A DNA stretch of 64,000 nucleotides from Poseidonia sp. (GTDB lineage Archaea > Thermoplasmatota > Poseidoniia > Poseidoniales > Poseidoniaceae), in assembly GCA_049617635.1 (NCBI GenBank), contig JBMZJQ010000002.1, positions 8,558 through 72,557 on the forward strand, read 5' to 3'. The first letter of the stretch is position 1. Every line of letters begins with the position of its first letter. The notes under the pieces are model-generated. The model saw only the letters and a list, made by a program, of their open reading frames with translations. It was not told the origin of the DNA and ran no database searches. Shown here in pieces: positions 1 to 8,823 of this stretch. The position numbers were made by a program, and so were the translations under genes.

Positions 1-540
1 ACATTGGAAGCGTTGTTGGCTCTACCGTGCACGCGAATGGAGTTGTTGATGGGTAAATGGCTCGCTGTAGCCACCATCACCGGGGCGGGCGTGTTGCTCC
101 AGATTGCTGGTTTGTTGTTCGCAATCGGTTATCTTGCCTCATCGAACATTCTCTCAACGCCGGAAGTATCCTTCCTTGCCCTTTTGTTGCTCTGCCTCGC
201 AGTGTTGTTGTTTGCAGTGATGGTTGTGGCCCTGGAGTTGGCCCTTGCCATGCGCTCGCACAGCGTCAAAGAAGCCGGTTCGATTCTTGGCCCTGCCGTG
301 CTGGTGATTTTGTTTCCAGCCTTGTTCACACAAGTGATCAATCTCGATGGAATAGAAGCATATTGGTTTGCAATTCCCGTGGTGAATGTTCTTCTTGCGC
401 TTCGTGAACTGTTGATGAACCGAATTGTGGTATCGCATATTCTTGTGTGGTCAATTTCGTCCACCGTGTATGCGTTGAGTGCTGCATACTACGCCTCTCG
501 GCAGTTCAAGCGAGAGGATTTGGTTACAAGCCTGTCCTAG
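1..540 (+). CDS. ABC-2 type (NatB-like) ABC transporter permease, C-terminal part (5' truncated by window)
   Basis: Open frame from base 1. TLEALLALP..R.ELLMGK motif, S.KEA motif, IPVVN and multiple TM helices, typical of NatB/ABC-2 permeases. Confidence 0.8.
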   Translation, partial: TLEALLALPCTRMELLMGKWLAVATITGAGVLLQIAGLLFAIGYLASSNILSTPEVSFLALLLLCLAVLLFAVMVVALELALAMRSHSVKEAGSILGPAVLVILFPALFTQVINLDGIEAYWFAIPVVNVLLALRELLMNRIVVSHILVWSISSTVYALSAAYYASRQFKREDLVTSLS

Positions 541-2035
541 CCTGGAAAGCAACGATGGCTTCTCGGACGATGGTGACGAGTAAATCGATTTCATCCGATG
601 TGATGTTGAAGTGGGGTGTAAAACGCAGGGCGTTGACGCCACCGTGAATCACGCCCAACCCTCTGCGCCGACACCAAGGTTCAACCGCATCAAAACCAAC
701 CACAGGAAATCCTGTGGGCTCCAATTCCATGCTACAAAGGAGGCCTGTGCCTTGGACCTTGGTGATGATCTCAGGAAACTCCTCTTGGAGGCGTGAAAAC
801 TTCAGAACCATCTCCTTCCCACGCTCACGGATGTTCTCTCTCAAGGCTGGTGTAATGCTTTCCAGAACCGTCGCAGCCGTCTCCAGCGCTCTTGGATTGG
901 TTGTCATGGTGTTTCCATAGATTCCCGTCACGTACAACGAGGCGGCCCGTTCGTTCATACCAAGAACGGAGAGGGGATATTGTCCAGCATTCAGGGCTTT
1001 CGACCATGTCTCCAAATCGGGGGCTTCGCAATCTTGGAATCCTTCGTAATCAATGACGGAGAGGGTACCTTGTCCGCGGATACCTGCTTGAATTGAATCA
1101 ACGAGCAACAACGAGCCGTGTTCTTTGGTCAACTTCCGCGCAGCATCGTAGAATTCTCGAGAAACGCATTGACCAGGATTGCCTTCACCTTGGACTGGCT
1201 CAATGGCCATCAATTCAATGAACACTCCGTTGGATTCTGCGTGGTGGAAGGCTGATTCAAGTGCTTCAACATCGTTCGCTGGGACCAAGATCAAATTGTC
1301 CCTTTGTTGGAAGCTAGCAAGCACCTGATCGTACTTTCCTTTGCAGGAGTGTGACATCTGCGCAGGACGATCGGTTCGACCGTGGAAACCTTGTTCGATG
1401 GCGAGCATTTTGATTTGGTGGCCTTCGTAGCGCCCACCTTTCTGCGTCATCAGTTTGGCATTGACATCCGCAATCCGTAGGCTCACCGTAACAGATTCAG
1501 AGCCGCTGTTCATGCAGATGAATTTTTGAAACGGGCACGAACCTCGTGTGTGCCCGAGTTCTTCTCGAAGTCTGTTGTCCAGCCTTTTCTGGGAAAACGA
1601 TGCGGTCATGACGTTTGCCATCACCCAATTGTCGGCCATAGAATCAATCACGTGTTGGGGTCCGTGGCCTGCGCCCAGCATACCGTATCCACCGTTGTCA
1701 TGGACGACGGCCCCATGGGAAGTAATGATCCATGGACCACGCGCAGCAAGAGCGACATAGGGATTGACCGTTGCAGGATTGTAGAAGTTCACATACCCCT
1801 CCTGCAAGTGCTCGATGAGTGTTGATTCGTCGGACCCTTTGTACACCGATGAAAATTCGTTGGAAAACGAGTCGAACCGATTGGCAGCTTCGGAAAGCGC
1901 AAGACGTAGCGAAGCATCTAATTCGTAAAAATGAGAAATTTCTTCTGAAGTGAGCCCCAACGTGTCCCGTCGTCCGACATATCCACGAATGCGTTCAAGC
2001 ACCGATAACCCGGGGTGGTCAATTGCCTTCTGCAT
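524..2035 (-). CDS. Class III PLP-dependent aminotransferase (ornithine/acetylornithine/lysine aminotransferase-like)
   Basis: NSGSES, FHGRT, EPVQGEG, DSIQAG, WSKAL (PLP lysine), G.GLL motifs. Confidence 0.85.
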   Translation of the reverse strand: MQKAIDHPGLSVLERIRGYVGRRDTLGLTSEEISHFYELDASLRLALSEAANRFDSFSNEFSSVYKGSDESTLIEHLQEGYVNFYNPATVNPYVALAARGPWIITSHGAVVHDNGGYGMLGAGHGPQHVIDSMADNWVMANVMTASFSQKRLDNRLREELGHTRGSCPFQKFICMNSGSESVTVSLRIADVNAKLMTQKGGRYEGHQIKMLAIEQGFHGRTDRPAQMSHSCKGKYDQVLASFQQRDNLILVPANDVEALESAFHHAESNGVFIELMAIEPVQGEGNPGQCVSREFYDAARKLTKEHGSLLLVDSIQAGIRGQGTLSVIDYEGFQDCEAPDLETWSKALNAGQYPLSVLGMNERAASLYVTGIYGNTMTTNPRALETAATVLESITPALRENIRERGKEMVLKFSRLQEEFPEIITKVQGTGLLCSMELEPTGFPVVGFDAVEPWCRRRGLGVIHGGVNALRFTPHFNITSDEIDLLVTIVREAIVAFQARTGL

Positions 2036-2108
2036 GCATGATTATGCGTGACGGAGCCCTTTGAACATTGGCACGAGGCGCTCACAACGACGCGAAAATG
2101 TGCCTGAA

Positions 2109-2158
2109 ATATTACTAAGGTAATATCATACGAATACTTATATGAGGTTGGTATGAGG
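2109..2158 (+). promoter_or_regulatory. Candidate promoter/operator of the RHH-folE-queE-queC/msrB-queD operon
   Basis: Perfect inverted repeat ATATTAC-TAAG-GTAATAT (2109-2126), TTATAT box at 2138-2143, and direct repeat TATGAGG at 2141 and 2152 (11-bp spacing), in an AT-rich patch. Confidence 0.55.
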
Positions 2159-2165
2159 CCATGGC

Positions 2166-2336
2166 ATGCCCAAAATCTCGTTGGACATGCCGTCTGAACT
2201 GGTGGAGGATCTCAAATTGCATGTTGGAGATGAGAAGAAATTTGTCAGCCTGGCAGATGCCATTCGAACGGCGTGCAGAAAACTGCTGGACCAACTGGAC
2301 GAAATTGACATGATGCACGGTAGGGGGAAGAACTGA
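2166..2336 (+). CDS. Ribbon-helix-helix (CopG/MetJ-like) DNA-binding protein, 56 aa (absent from the ORF track)
   Basis: Hand translation: MPKISLDMPSELVEDLKLHVGDEKKFVSLADAIRTACRKLLDQLDEIDMMHGRGKN. It shows the RHH pattern (KISLDMP strand, helix, S.ADAIR.A helix). Its stop TGA overlaps the folE ATG (TGATG). Confidence 0.8.
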   Translation: MPKISLDMPSELVEDLKLHVGDEKKFVSLADAIRTACRKLLDQLDEIDMMHGRGKN

Positions 2337-2911
2337 TGGTGACCGAAGAAGAAGCACAACAAGCCATACGCACCATCCTTTCGTATATTGAAGGGGCAGG
2401 TGCCAGCAATAGAGAAGGGTTGGAAGACACCCCCCAACGCGTTGTCGAATCCTGGAAGGAATTGCATGCAGGCTATCAAATGGATGCAAGTGAACTTCTT
2501 CAAGCGACCTTCAACGGCGAAGGCTACGATGGCATCGTTTTGTTGCGAAATATCGAATTTACGTCGACCTGTGAACATCACCTCCTTCCTTTCAGCGGGC
2601 GGGGTCACATCGCCTACATTCCGGTGGAGCGTATTGTCGGCATCAGTAAGCTTGCCCGGATTTTGGACCTTCACGCTCGCCGATTGCAAAATCAGGAGCG
2701 AATAACCAAAGGGATTGCCGACGACCTTGAACGGGAACTTAAGCCGCTTGGCGCTGCCGTGATTTTGGAAGCATCGCACGGTTGTATGCAGTGCAGAGGT
2801 GTTGCAAAGCAAGAGGCCGTCATGACCACTTCGGCCATGCGAGGCGTGTTTTTCGATCGGCCCGAGGCTCGAAGCGAACTCATGCAATTGATTCAACAAC
2901 CACCACTGTGA
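2336..2911 (+). CDS. folE: GTP cyclohydrolase I (FolE)
   Basis: REGLEDTPQRV, STCEHHLLPF, GISKLAR, RLQNQER, H.CM.CRGV motifs. Confidence 0.95.
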   Translation: MVTEEEAQQAIRTILSYIEGAGASNREGLEDTPQRVVESWKELHAGYQMDASELLQATFNGEGYDGIVLLRNIEFTSTCEHHLLPFSGRGHIAYIPVERIVGISKLARILDLHARRLQNQERITKGIADDLERELKPLGAAVILEASHGCMQCRGVAKQEAVMTTSAMRGVFFDRPEARSELMQLIQQPPL

Positions 2912-2920
2912 GGGAACTGA

Positions 2921-3580
2921 ATGACCAACATGCCATGTGGATTGTCCGGTGATGTCGTCACCGACAACGCAAGTGATTTGGCAGCAGAATACAACATCGT
3001 CGAGATTTTCCACTCCGTTCAAGGTGAAGGTCATCGAAGTGGAATTCCACACGTGTTTATTCGTTTTGGAAAATGCAACCTTCGCTGTGAATGGTGTGAT
3101 ACCAATTTTGACGAATACACGACCATGTCCGCGCTTGACATTCTGGCTCGCGTGATGGAGTTTCCTTGCAGCAACATCATCTTCACCGGGGGTGAGCCCA
3201 TGTTGAACGACTTGTGGCCGCTGAGTCGTCTGCTTCGACGTCGAGGATATCACCTCTCAATTGAATCAAACGGCACCGTTGAAATTCCGGAGGGTTTACT
3301 CGATTGGATTTGCATTTCTCCAAAAGATCAGATGTATCCAAACGTGGCCGTCCGGCAACGCATTGGAAACGAACTCAAATGTGTGTATGTTGGTCAACCA
3401 CTCAGTCTCTACGATGGCCTCATCGAGGGATTTGACCACCTGTATCTCCAGCCGTGCTACGATGAAACACATTCGGTAGAGGAAAACGGACGCATGTTTG
3501 CACTCACTGAATCCGTGGTGAAGGCCAATCCGACGTGGAGGCTCTCGCTTCAAACACACAAATGGATGGGGATATTGTGA
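2921..3580 (+). CDS. queE: 7-carboxy-7-deazaguanine synthase (radical SAM, QueE)
   Basis: EIFHSVQGEG, CNLRCEWCDT, TGGEP, ESNGT, ISPK, LQP, WRLSLQTHK; lies in a que operon. Confidence 0.93.
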   Translation: MTNMPCGLSGDVVTDNASDLAAEYNIVEIFHSVQGEGHRSGIPHVFIRFGKCNLRCEWCDTNFDEYTTMSALDILARVMEFPCSNIIFTGGEPMLNDLWPLSRLLRRRGYHLSIESNGTVEIPEGLLDWICISPKDQMYPNVAVRQRIGNELKCVYVGQPLSLYDGLIEGFDHLYLQPCYDETHSVEENGRMFALTESVVKANPTWRLSLQTHKWMGIL

Positions 3581-4740
3581 CGAGTAAACAGCGAGCCGTC
3601 ATGGCCTTGAGCGGAGGCATGGACTCGAGTTCCTTGTTGTTGCACCTCTTGAGAGAAGGTTACGAAGTAACGGCACTTTCGTTCAATTATGGACAGAAGC
3701 ATGTCGTTGAGTTGCAACGCGCCAGCGATTTGGTCAAGCACTTGGAAGAACACGGATTGCTTGTTCATCACCATGTGATTGACCTCCAAAGTGCGATGGG
3801 ACTTTTTGCAAGCGATTTGCTCGCAACTGGTGGACCCGTCCCTGAAGGCCACTATGAGGAAGACAACATGAAAGCAACCGTCGTTCCCAATCGTAACGCT
3901 ATCTTTTCTTCGTTGTTGTACGGCACTGCTCTTTCAATTGCAACAACGAACGACAGCAAGGTCTGCGTGGTGTTGGGGGTACACAGTGGGGACCACGCCA
4001 TTTACCCGGACTGTCGACCTGAGTTTTATTCAGCCCTCGAACATGCCTTCGCATTAGGGAATTGGGACAGCCATCTCATCTCGTTCGTCTTGCCCTATTT
4101 GGAAATGGACAAAACTTCCATCCTCAAAGACGCTGAGCAGTCCGTGGATCATCTCAAATTGGATTTTGATGCAGTGTTTTCTCGAACCCTCACCTCCTAC
4201 AGTCCGGATGGAGATGGCAAAAGCCACGGGCGAACCGGTTCTGATGTGGAGCGCATTCTTGCTTTCCATGCTCTTGGGCGACAAGACCCCATTGAATATG
4301 TTGAGCCTTGGGTCACCGTCTTGGAGCATGCTTTGAAGGTCGAGCGAGAGCACAAGGATGCAACCTACCGAGAGAAACTCACAGAACTACAATACCACGT
4401 GACACGAGAACAGGGTACGGAACGGGCGTTCACTGGAATCTACTGGGATGAAGAACGCCCTGGAACCTACACGTGCATTTGTTGCTCAACCTTGTTGTTC
4501 ACCTCGAGCATGAAATTTGAATCCGGTTGCGGGTGGCCTTCGTTCCATTCCGAACACAGTGAAGCGAATATCAAACGAATTGAGGACCGAAGTCACGGTA
4601 TGGTTCGTACCGAGGTTCGCTGCGATCGGTGTGACGCTCACCTCGGGCACGTGTTTAACGACGGTCCCGCGGCATACGGAGGCGAGCGCTACTGCATCAA
4701 CTCAGCATCCATGAACTTTCATCTGGAGGAAGACCAATGA
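3577..4740 (+). CDS. queC: Fusion of 7-cyano-7-deazaguanine synthase (QueC) and peptide-methionine (R)-S-oxide reductase (MsrB)
   Basis: N-terminal part has SGGMDS PP-loop, F.YGQKH..E, VPNRN and YPDCRPEF. From about 4360 it has GTERAF, CICC, GCGWPSF, RTEVRCDRCDAHLGHVF and RYCINS. There is no stop between the domains. The GTG start overlaps the queE stop. Confidence 0.92.
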   Translation: MTSKQRAVMALSGGMDSSSLLLHLLREGYEVTALSFNYGQKHVVELQRASDLVKHLEEHGLLVHHHVIDLQSAMGLFASDLLATGGPVPEGHYEEDNMKATVVPNRNAIFSSLLYGTALSIATTNDSKVCVVLGVHSGDHAIYPDCRPEFYSALEHAFALGNWDSHLISFVLPYLEMDKTSILKDAEQSVDHLKLDFDAVFSRTLTSYSPDGDGKSHGRTGSDVERILAFHALGRQDPIEYVEPWVTVLEHALKVEREHKDATYREKLTELQYHVTREQGTERAFTGIYWDEERPGTYTCICCSTLLFTSSMKFESGCGWPSFHSEHSEANIKRIEDRSHGMVRTEVRCDRCDAHLGHVFNDGPAAYGGERYCINSASMNFHLEEDQ

Positions 4741-5192
4741 CCACCACCATCAAGCGTTATGTTGAGACCGATACCGGCCACCGTGTGCCAAATCACAAGT
4801 CCAAATGCAAACATCTGCACGGCCACAGGTACCGGTTTGAAGCTGAAATTGAGGGCGATGTTGTCCAAGAAAGCGGTGTTTCGGATGAAGGGATGCTGAT
4901 GGATTTTGGCGATATCAGCAGCGTCTTGATGGAACATGTACACGATGTCATTGACCATGCATTTGTCCTTTACGAAGGCGATAGCGAAGCCAAACATGCA
5001 TGCGCTGCCATGGGTGAAGGACACCGAACCGTCATCGTACCCTTCATTCCGACCGCTGAGAACCTTGCCAAGTGGGCGTTTGAACAGGTCGAGCCGCACA
5101 TCAAAAGCGTCTATGGAAACCGGTTGCGTTTGGTCGCCATGCATTGCCGAGAGACGCCGAAATCAATCGCCAGTTGGCGACCGTTACGATAA
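4737..5192 (+). CDS. queD: 6-carboxy-5,6,7,8-tetrahydropterin synthase (QueD)
   Basis: GHR, CKHLHGH, DFG, DH, PTAENLA, ETPKS motifs; ATGA overlap with the upstream gene. Confidence 0.92.
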   Translation: MTTTIKRYVETDTGHRVPNHKSKCKHLHGHRYRFEAEIEGDVVQESGVSDEGMLMDFGDISSVLMEHVHDVIDHAFVLYEGDSEAKHACAAMGEGHRTVIVPFIPTAENLAKWAFEQVEPHIKSVYGNRLRLVAMHCRETPKSIASWRPLR

Positions 5193-6008
5193 CCTTCGTC
5201 GATGTTCCTTCTTCCAATTTGGATCGCCCTGACTAAATTGAAGGGCAGTGGTTGCTTCAACAAATGCGCCGATCAAGCGAGTCGATTCCTCATTGCTTGG
5301 CGTTCCTTTCAGGAGGGTTCGTTTCATGGTCTGTTCAACCGATGCCGTACGCTCATCGGGACCAGAGAGAGCATTTGACCATTGTTCGATGGAGGTCAAC
5401 AAGGCAGTTCGTACCGACGGCTCCATGCTCGTTTGAAGGGGAACAATATCAGGAAGGCCCGGATCTTTGCCCTGTTGGGACAGAACACGACTGCGATGAA
5501 TCTCGTACACCACAGCGTTTACTGCGTGGCTGAGATTGGCGATTGGGTAGCCTTCCCACGTTGGAAGCGTGATGAAGTAATCGCATGCAGCCAGATCTTC
5601 CGTGGAGAGTCCTTTGCCTTCCTCGCCGAAGACAATGGCAATTCTGCCACCGGCTTGCTCTTCCCTCTGAATCATGTCCCAAGGATACAAAAAATGACGG
5701 AAGAGGGTTTTGTCACCCACTTCGCGTTTTCCCGATGTACCCAATATTGCGCGACAATCTTCGGCGGCCTCACCAATGCTCGCAAACACGGATGCATCGT
5801 CAAGAACCCGTTGAGCATGCTTCGCACGAGCCCGTGTTTCCTCGTCGTCGGGTGAACACTTTGGATTGACCAATCGGAGGTCATCGAATCCATAATTCAG
5901 CATGGACCGGCAAATGGCACCCAAGTTCCCTGGATGGGTCACACCAACCAGCACGACCGCAACTTGAACCAGCCCGCTCGGTAACGGAATGTCTTGGCGC
6001 TCACCCAT
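5184..6008 (-). CDS. SPOUT RNA methyltransferase, TrmJ/LasT family
   Basis: PGNLGAICRSM.N.G, FGEEGKGLS, YPIANLSHAV motifs. Confidence 0.88.
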   Translation of the reverse strand: MGERQDIPLPSGLVQVAVVLVGVTHPGNLGAICRSMLNYGFDDLRLVNPKCSPDDEETRARAKHAQRVLDDASVFASIGEAAEDCRAILGTSGKREVGDKTLFRHFLYPWDMIQREEQAGGRIAIVFGEEGKGLSTEDLAACDYFITLPTWEGYPIANLSHAVNAVVYEIHRSRVLSQQGKDPGLPDIVPLQTSMEPSVRTALLTSIEQWSNALSGPDERTASVEQTMKRTLLKGTPSNEESTRLIGAFVEATTALQFSQGDPNWKKEHRRRLS

Positions 6009-6231
6009 CAACCTCACCTGAGTCGTGTTCGAGGAATGCGACTATCCATCGCGGATCACACACCTGGTAGATGAAGAACAGAAAACCGCCATCCTCACGG
6101 TCCGGCATGACGATTGAACGTTTTTTCACGTTGTGTTGGTTTCGCAAAAAAAGGATGAGACGTTCCAACACGGCTGCATCATCCGAATGCACACTGACGG
6201 GTTGACGGTCCCAATCAACCCGAATCGACAC
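6001..6231 (-). CDS. Small hypothetical protein (76 aa) in the ribosomal protein operon
   Basis: Co-oriented, tightly packed between rps17e and the TrmJ gene, protein-like composition. Confidence 0.6.
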   Translation of the reverse strand: MSIRVDWDRQPVSVHSDDAAVLERLILFLRNQHNVKKRSIVMPDREDGGFLFFIYQVCDPRWIVAFLEHDSGEVDG

Positions 6232-6241
6232 ACCAACCCAC

Positions 6242-6442
6242 TCAATCGGTGCGGCGTTGTCGGTATCGTGTCACGTAACCGGCAATCCAGTTCCGCAATT
6301 TCTTGGACTCAACATCGGTGAGGTTTGACACCATTTCCTTGTTGTGGTCGAAGTCATCGGTGAATTTCTCACCGTGTTCCTCAACAAGACGAATGGCTCG
6401 GATTTTGATAAAACTTGGACGAATGTTTCCCATTTTTTTCAC
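6242..6442 (-). CDS. rps17e: 30S ribosomal protein S17e
   Basis: MGNIRPSFIK, FTDDFDHNK, SKKLRNWIAGYVT. Confidence 0.95.
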   Translation of the reverse strand: MKKMGNIRPSFIKIRAIRLVEEHGEKFTDDFDHNKEMVSNLTDVESKKLRNWIAGYVTRYRQRRTD

Positions 6443-6714
6443 TCCTTCATCAATTTCACTTCTACGGGGAAGTCAGGTTCATCGTGGCGGATCACCAAGA
6501 GGCGAACTTTGCGAGGAGGGTTTTCAATTCCACGCTTCCAGATGTGTTCATTGACTTCAGGGTCAATGTAGAGTTCTTCATCTTCACGAACCTTGAGATG
6601 ACGGATGACTTGTTCCCGGATGATCTGCATGGCGCGAGGAGCGCGCTTGAAGCGCGTGATGTTCCACGCATTGCGCAGGGGGACGATGAGTTCTGATTCA
6701 TTTGCACGTGCCAT
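6439..6714 (-). CDS. rpl31e: 50S ribosomal protein L31e
   Basis: VPLR, KRAPRA, ID.EVNEHIWKRGIENPPRKVR. Confidence 0.95.
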   Translation of the reverse strand: MARANESELIVPLRNAWNITRFKRAPRAMQIIREQVIRHLKVREDEELYIDPEVNEHIWKRGIENPPRKVRLLVIRHDEPDFPVEVKLMKE

Positions 6715-6725
6715 ACTTCAACACC

Positions 6726-6881
6726 TCATCGTTGCAACTTGCTTCGTCGCCATTGGTGCCTCTTGGGGTGAGACACGGTGTTTCGGTCGGTCTTGAGCAT
6801 GACCCACACAGGGACACGCCGGTTCTGCTTTCCTGCCTTCAAAAGGCGAATTTTCTTTGCTGCTGGCTTGTTTTTTGACAT
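6726..6881 (-). CDS. rpl39e: 50S ribosomal protein L39e
   Basis: [32 protein letters not shown]. Confidence 0.95.
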   Translation of the reverse strand: MSKNKPAAKKIRLLKAGKQNRRVPVWVMLKTDRNTVSHPKRHQWRRSKLQR

Positions 6882-6894
6882 TTCGAGCACCTTC

Positions 6895-7281
6895 TCAGAT
6901 TCTCCGGATGGACGCATTGCTGCGGCTCTTGGAATGTTGGGTGAGCAGTTGCTTCAAGGAAGCATCACTCATGGGTGCGGTGAATTCACCGGCTTGATGC
7001 ATGGCCACCAACTCAGACTTGATGCTGTGGGCACGCGCAGGCTCAACCAAAGCGATTCGGCTGAGTCGGGAACGGGCGTCTGGTGTCAAGCATCGGCGAA
7101 GCACGGCCTCGATATTCGCTGCATCTTGGGCTTGCTGTTGCGCCTGCTCTTCTGCTTGGAGTTGGTTGGCAGCTTGCTGATTGATTTGGTCTTGGATGGC
7201 TTGCAAGCGCTGTGCACGGATAGCAGTCAACTCGTCATCGGTTGCTGCTGCCATACTCGCCACGTCCTCATCCCCGGTCAA
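6895..7281 (-). CDS. PDCD5-like double-stranded DNA-binding protein
   Basis: [30 protein letters not shown]-terminus; conserved position after rps19e. Confidence 0.9.
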   Translation of the reverse strand: MTGDEDVASMAAATDDELTAIRAQRLQAIQDQINQQAANQLQAEEQAQQQAQDAANIEAVLRRCLTPDARSRLSRIALVEPARAHSIKSELVAMHQAGEFTAPMSDASLKQLLTQHSKSRSNASIRRI

Positions 7282-7769
7282 TACTTGCCAAGTCCAGGGT
7301 ATTGTGCTTCGGCCTCGGCACGCACCGAGTGAGCGATGTTGTCGACGAGTTTTTGTCCCGCTGCTGTGACTTGGCGGCCGGCGTAAAGCTGAACCTTGCC
7401 GTCCTCACCGTCGACTTCCTTGGTTGGCACTTTTTCGACGAGACCTGCCTCTTCGAGTTGTTGAAGCGCCGTACGGATGATGTGCCGGGAAGCAACGCCT
7501 GGGGTATTAGGCATGGCGCCGTTGTCCTTTTTGCCACCGAATGCTTGAGCGAGATGCGTCACACCGATCGGACCGTTGCGGGCAACCTTACGAAGGATGG
7601 CAGCGGTTCGGTGGTACCACCAATCACTTTGACTCGGAGGGCGCTCTCGGTCCACGGCGGTTTTGACGTATTCGCCCCACTCCGGCATGGAGATGGCATC
7701 GTTTTCGGCCATGGCAGCAGCCAGGGCTGGGTTGAAAATGTCAGCAGGAATATCGTAGACGGTCGTCAT
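7278..7769 (-). CDS. rps19e: 30S ribosomal protein S19e
   Basis: MTTVYDIP, PEW..YVKT, WWYHRTAAILRK, IIRTALQQLE.AGLV. Confidence 0.95.
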   Translation of the reverse strand: MTTVYDIPADIFNPALAAAMAENDAISMPEWGEYVKTAVDRERPPSQSDWWYHRTAAILRKVARNGPIGVTHLAQAFGGKKDNGAMPNTPGVASRHIIRTALQQLEEAGLVEKVPTKEVDGEDGKVQLYAGRQVTAAGQKLVDNIAHSVRAEAEAQYPGLGKY

Positions 7770-7909
7770 CGTGATGCACCAAGCAACATGGCGACCGTCC
7801 GCCCCTATATGAAAAGAACGGGTCAGGCATGCGTTTTCCTGTTGCAGAAACACCAGCCAATGGGGGGTGGATGCAAGCCTTCTTGAACACCCTTTTGGTG
7901 GGAAGAGCG

Positions 7910-8770
7910 ATGAAGAAAGCCTTGGCGCAGAATCCAAACCTTCTGCGCACGCTCATCGGCCTCTCGCTGACCTTGATTTTCATGTTGTCCTACGCCGTTT
8001 ATGGAGCAACGGTATCACCTTCGGTTTACATCTATCAAACAGAGGCAACGGTCAGCGACTACAATGCCTCGACCGCCAGCGAATCCGTTGAGCGAAGTTA
8101 TGATGCCGAAGAAAACACAACCACATGGGCATGGCAAATTGTGGCCAACGACGCCAACCTCACATGGGTGAATGTGACAGCGACCGATCTTTCATCGGGT
8201 GCAGTGTTGAGAGTCACCAATGTTGCAAAACTCTACAGCCACGAATTGCTCGGAACCACCTACGACCTTAGCGACCCACTCAAACAGGACTTTTCGTGTG
8301 CAGAAGCGTGTGCCCATGCAACCAGTCACGAGCGTGTTTCTGAAGACGGTAGCCCCATCCAATTCCACGCCCTCACCTCGGTCGACCCGGCACGCAGGTC
8401 AAACGGCAGCGTGTTCGCTCAATCACTCGAAGAGGCTGAAAACAAAGCACGAGCAGCCATCGATTACACCCACAGTCCGTCCATTGTTCGCGTCGAAATC
8501 ATTGAACAGGGCAACCGAACCACCCAACCCGGTCTTGAAGCTGAAACGGTGAACGAGGCGTTTGCTACCGTCAGCGTTTTTTCAGTCGATGCGGCTACTG
8601 AATTCTTGTGGGCACTCGCTGCCGTCGTGGGTTGTTTTTCCATGGTCCTCATCCCATCGTTTACCGTGTACTTCGCTGCCCGGGCGAAAGAAAAGCGGGA
8701 CGAAGCAAAATTACAACAGGCCAATCAAGACGTTGAAAACTGGCTGGATTCTGAGGAGAAAAAATCCTAA
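7910..8770 (+). CDS. Hypothetical membrane protein with two TM segments flanking an extracellular domain
   Basis: Long ORF with N- and C-terminal hydrophobic helices; TTGAAC element 27 nt upstream of the ATG. Confidence 0.7.
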   Translation: MKKALAQNPNLLRTLIGLSLTLIFMLSYAVYGATVSPSVYIYQTEATVSDYNASTASESVERSYDAEENTTTWAWQIVANDANLTWVNVTATDLSSGAVLRVTNVAKLYSHELLGTTYDLSDPLKQDFSCAEACAHATSHERVSEDGSPIQFHALTSVDPARRSNGSVFAQSLEEAENKARAAIDYTHSPSIVRVEIIEQGNRTTQPGLEAETVNEAFATVSVFSVDAATEFLWALAAVVGCFSMVLIPSFTVYFAARAKEKRDEAKLQQANQDVENWLDSEEKKS

Positions 8771-8823
8771 TCAGTGCGCCATTGTTCCTAAATAGATAGA
8801 CGGTCATTGTCGTTTCGAGCGAC

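Noticed and set aside
2138..3253. 371-aa minus-strand ORF
   Set aside because: Antisense shadow of the RHH, folE and queE genes.
2336..5192. preQ0 operon as a 7-deazaguanine DNA-modification (dpd) defence island
   Set aside because: No dpdA/TGT-like, dpdB-K or mobile-element genes nearby, and the flanks are housekeeping. tRNA archaeosine supply is the simpler explanation.
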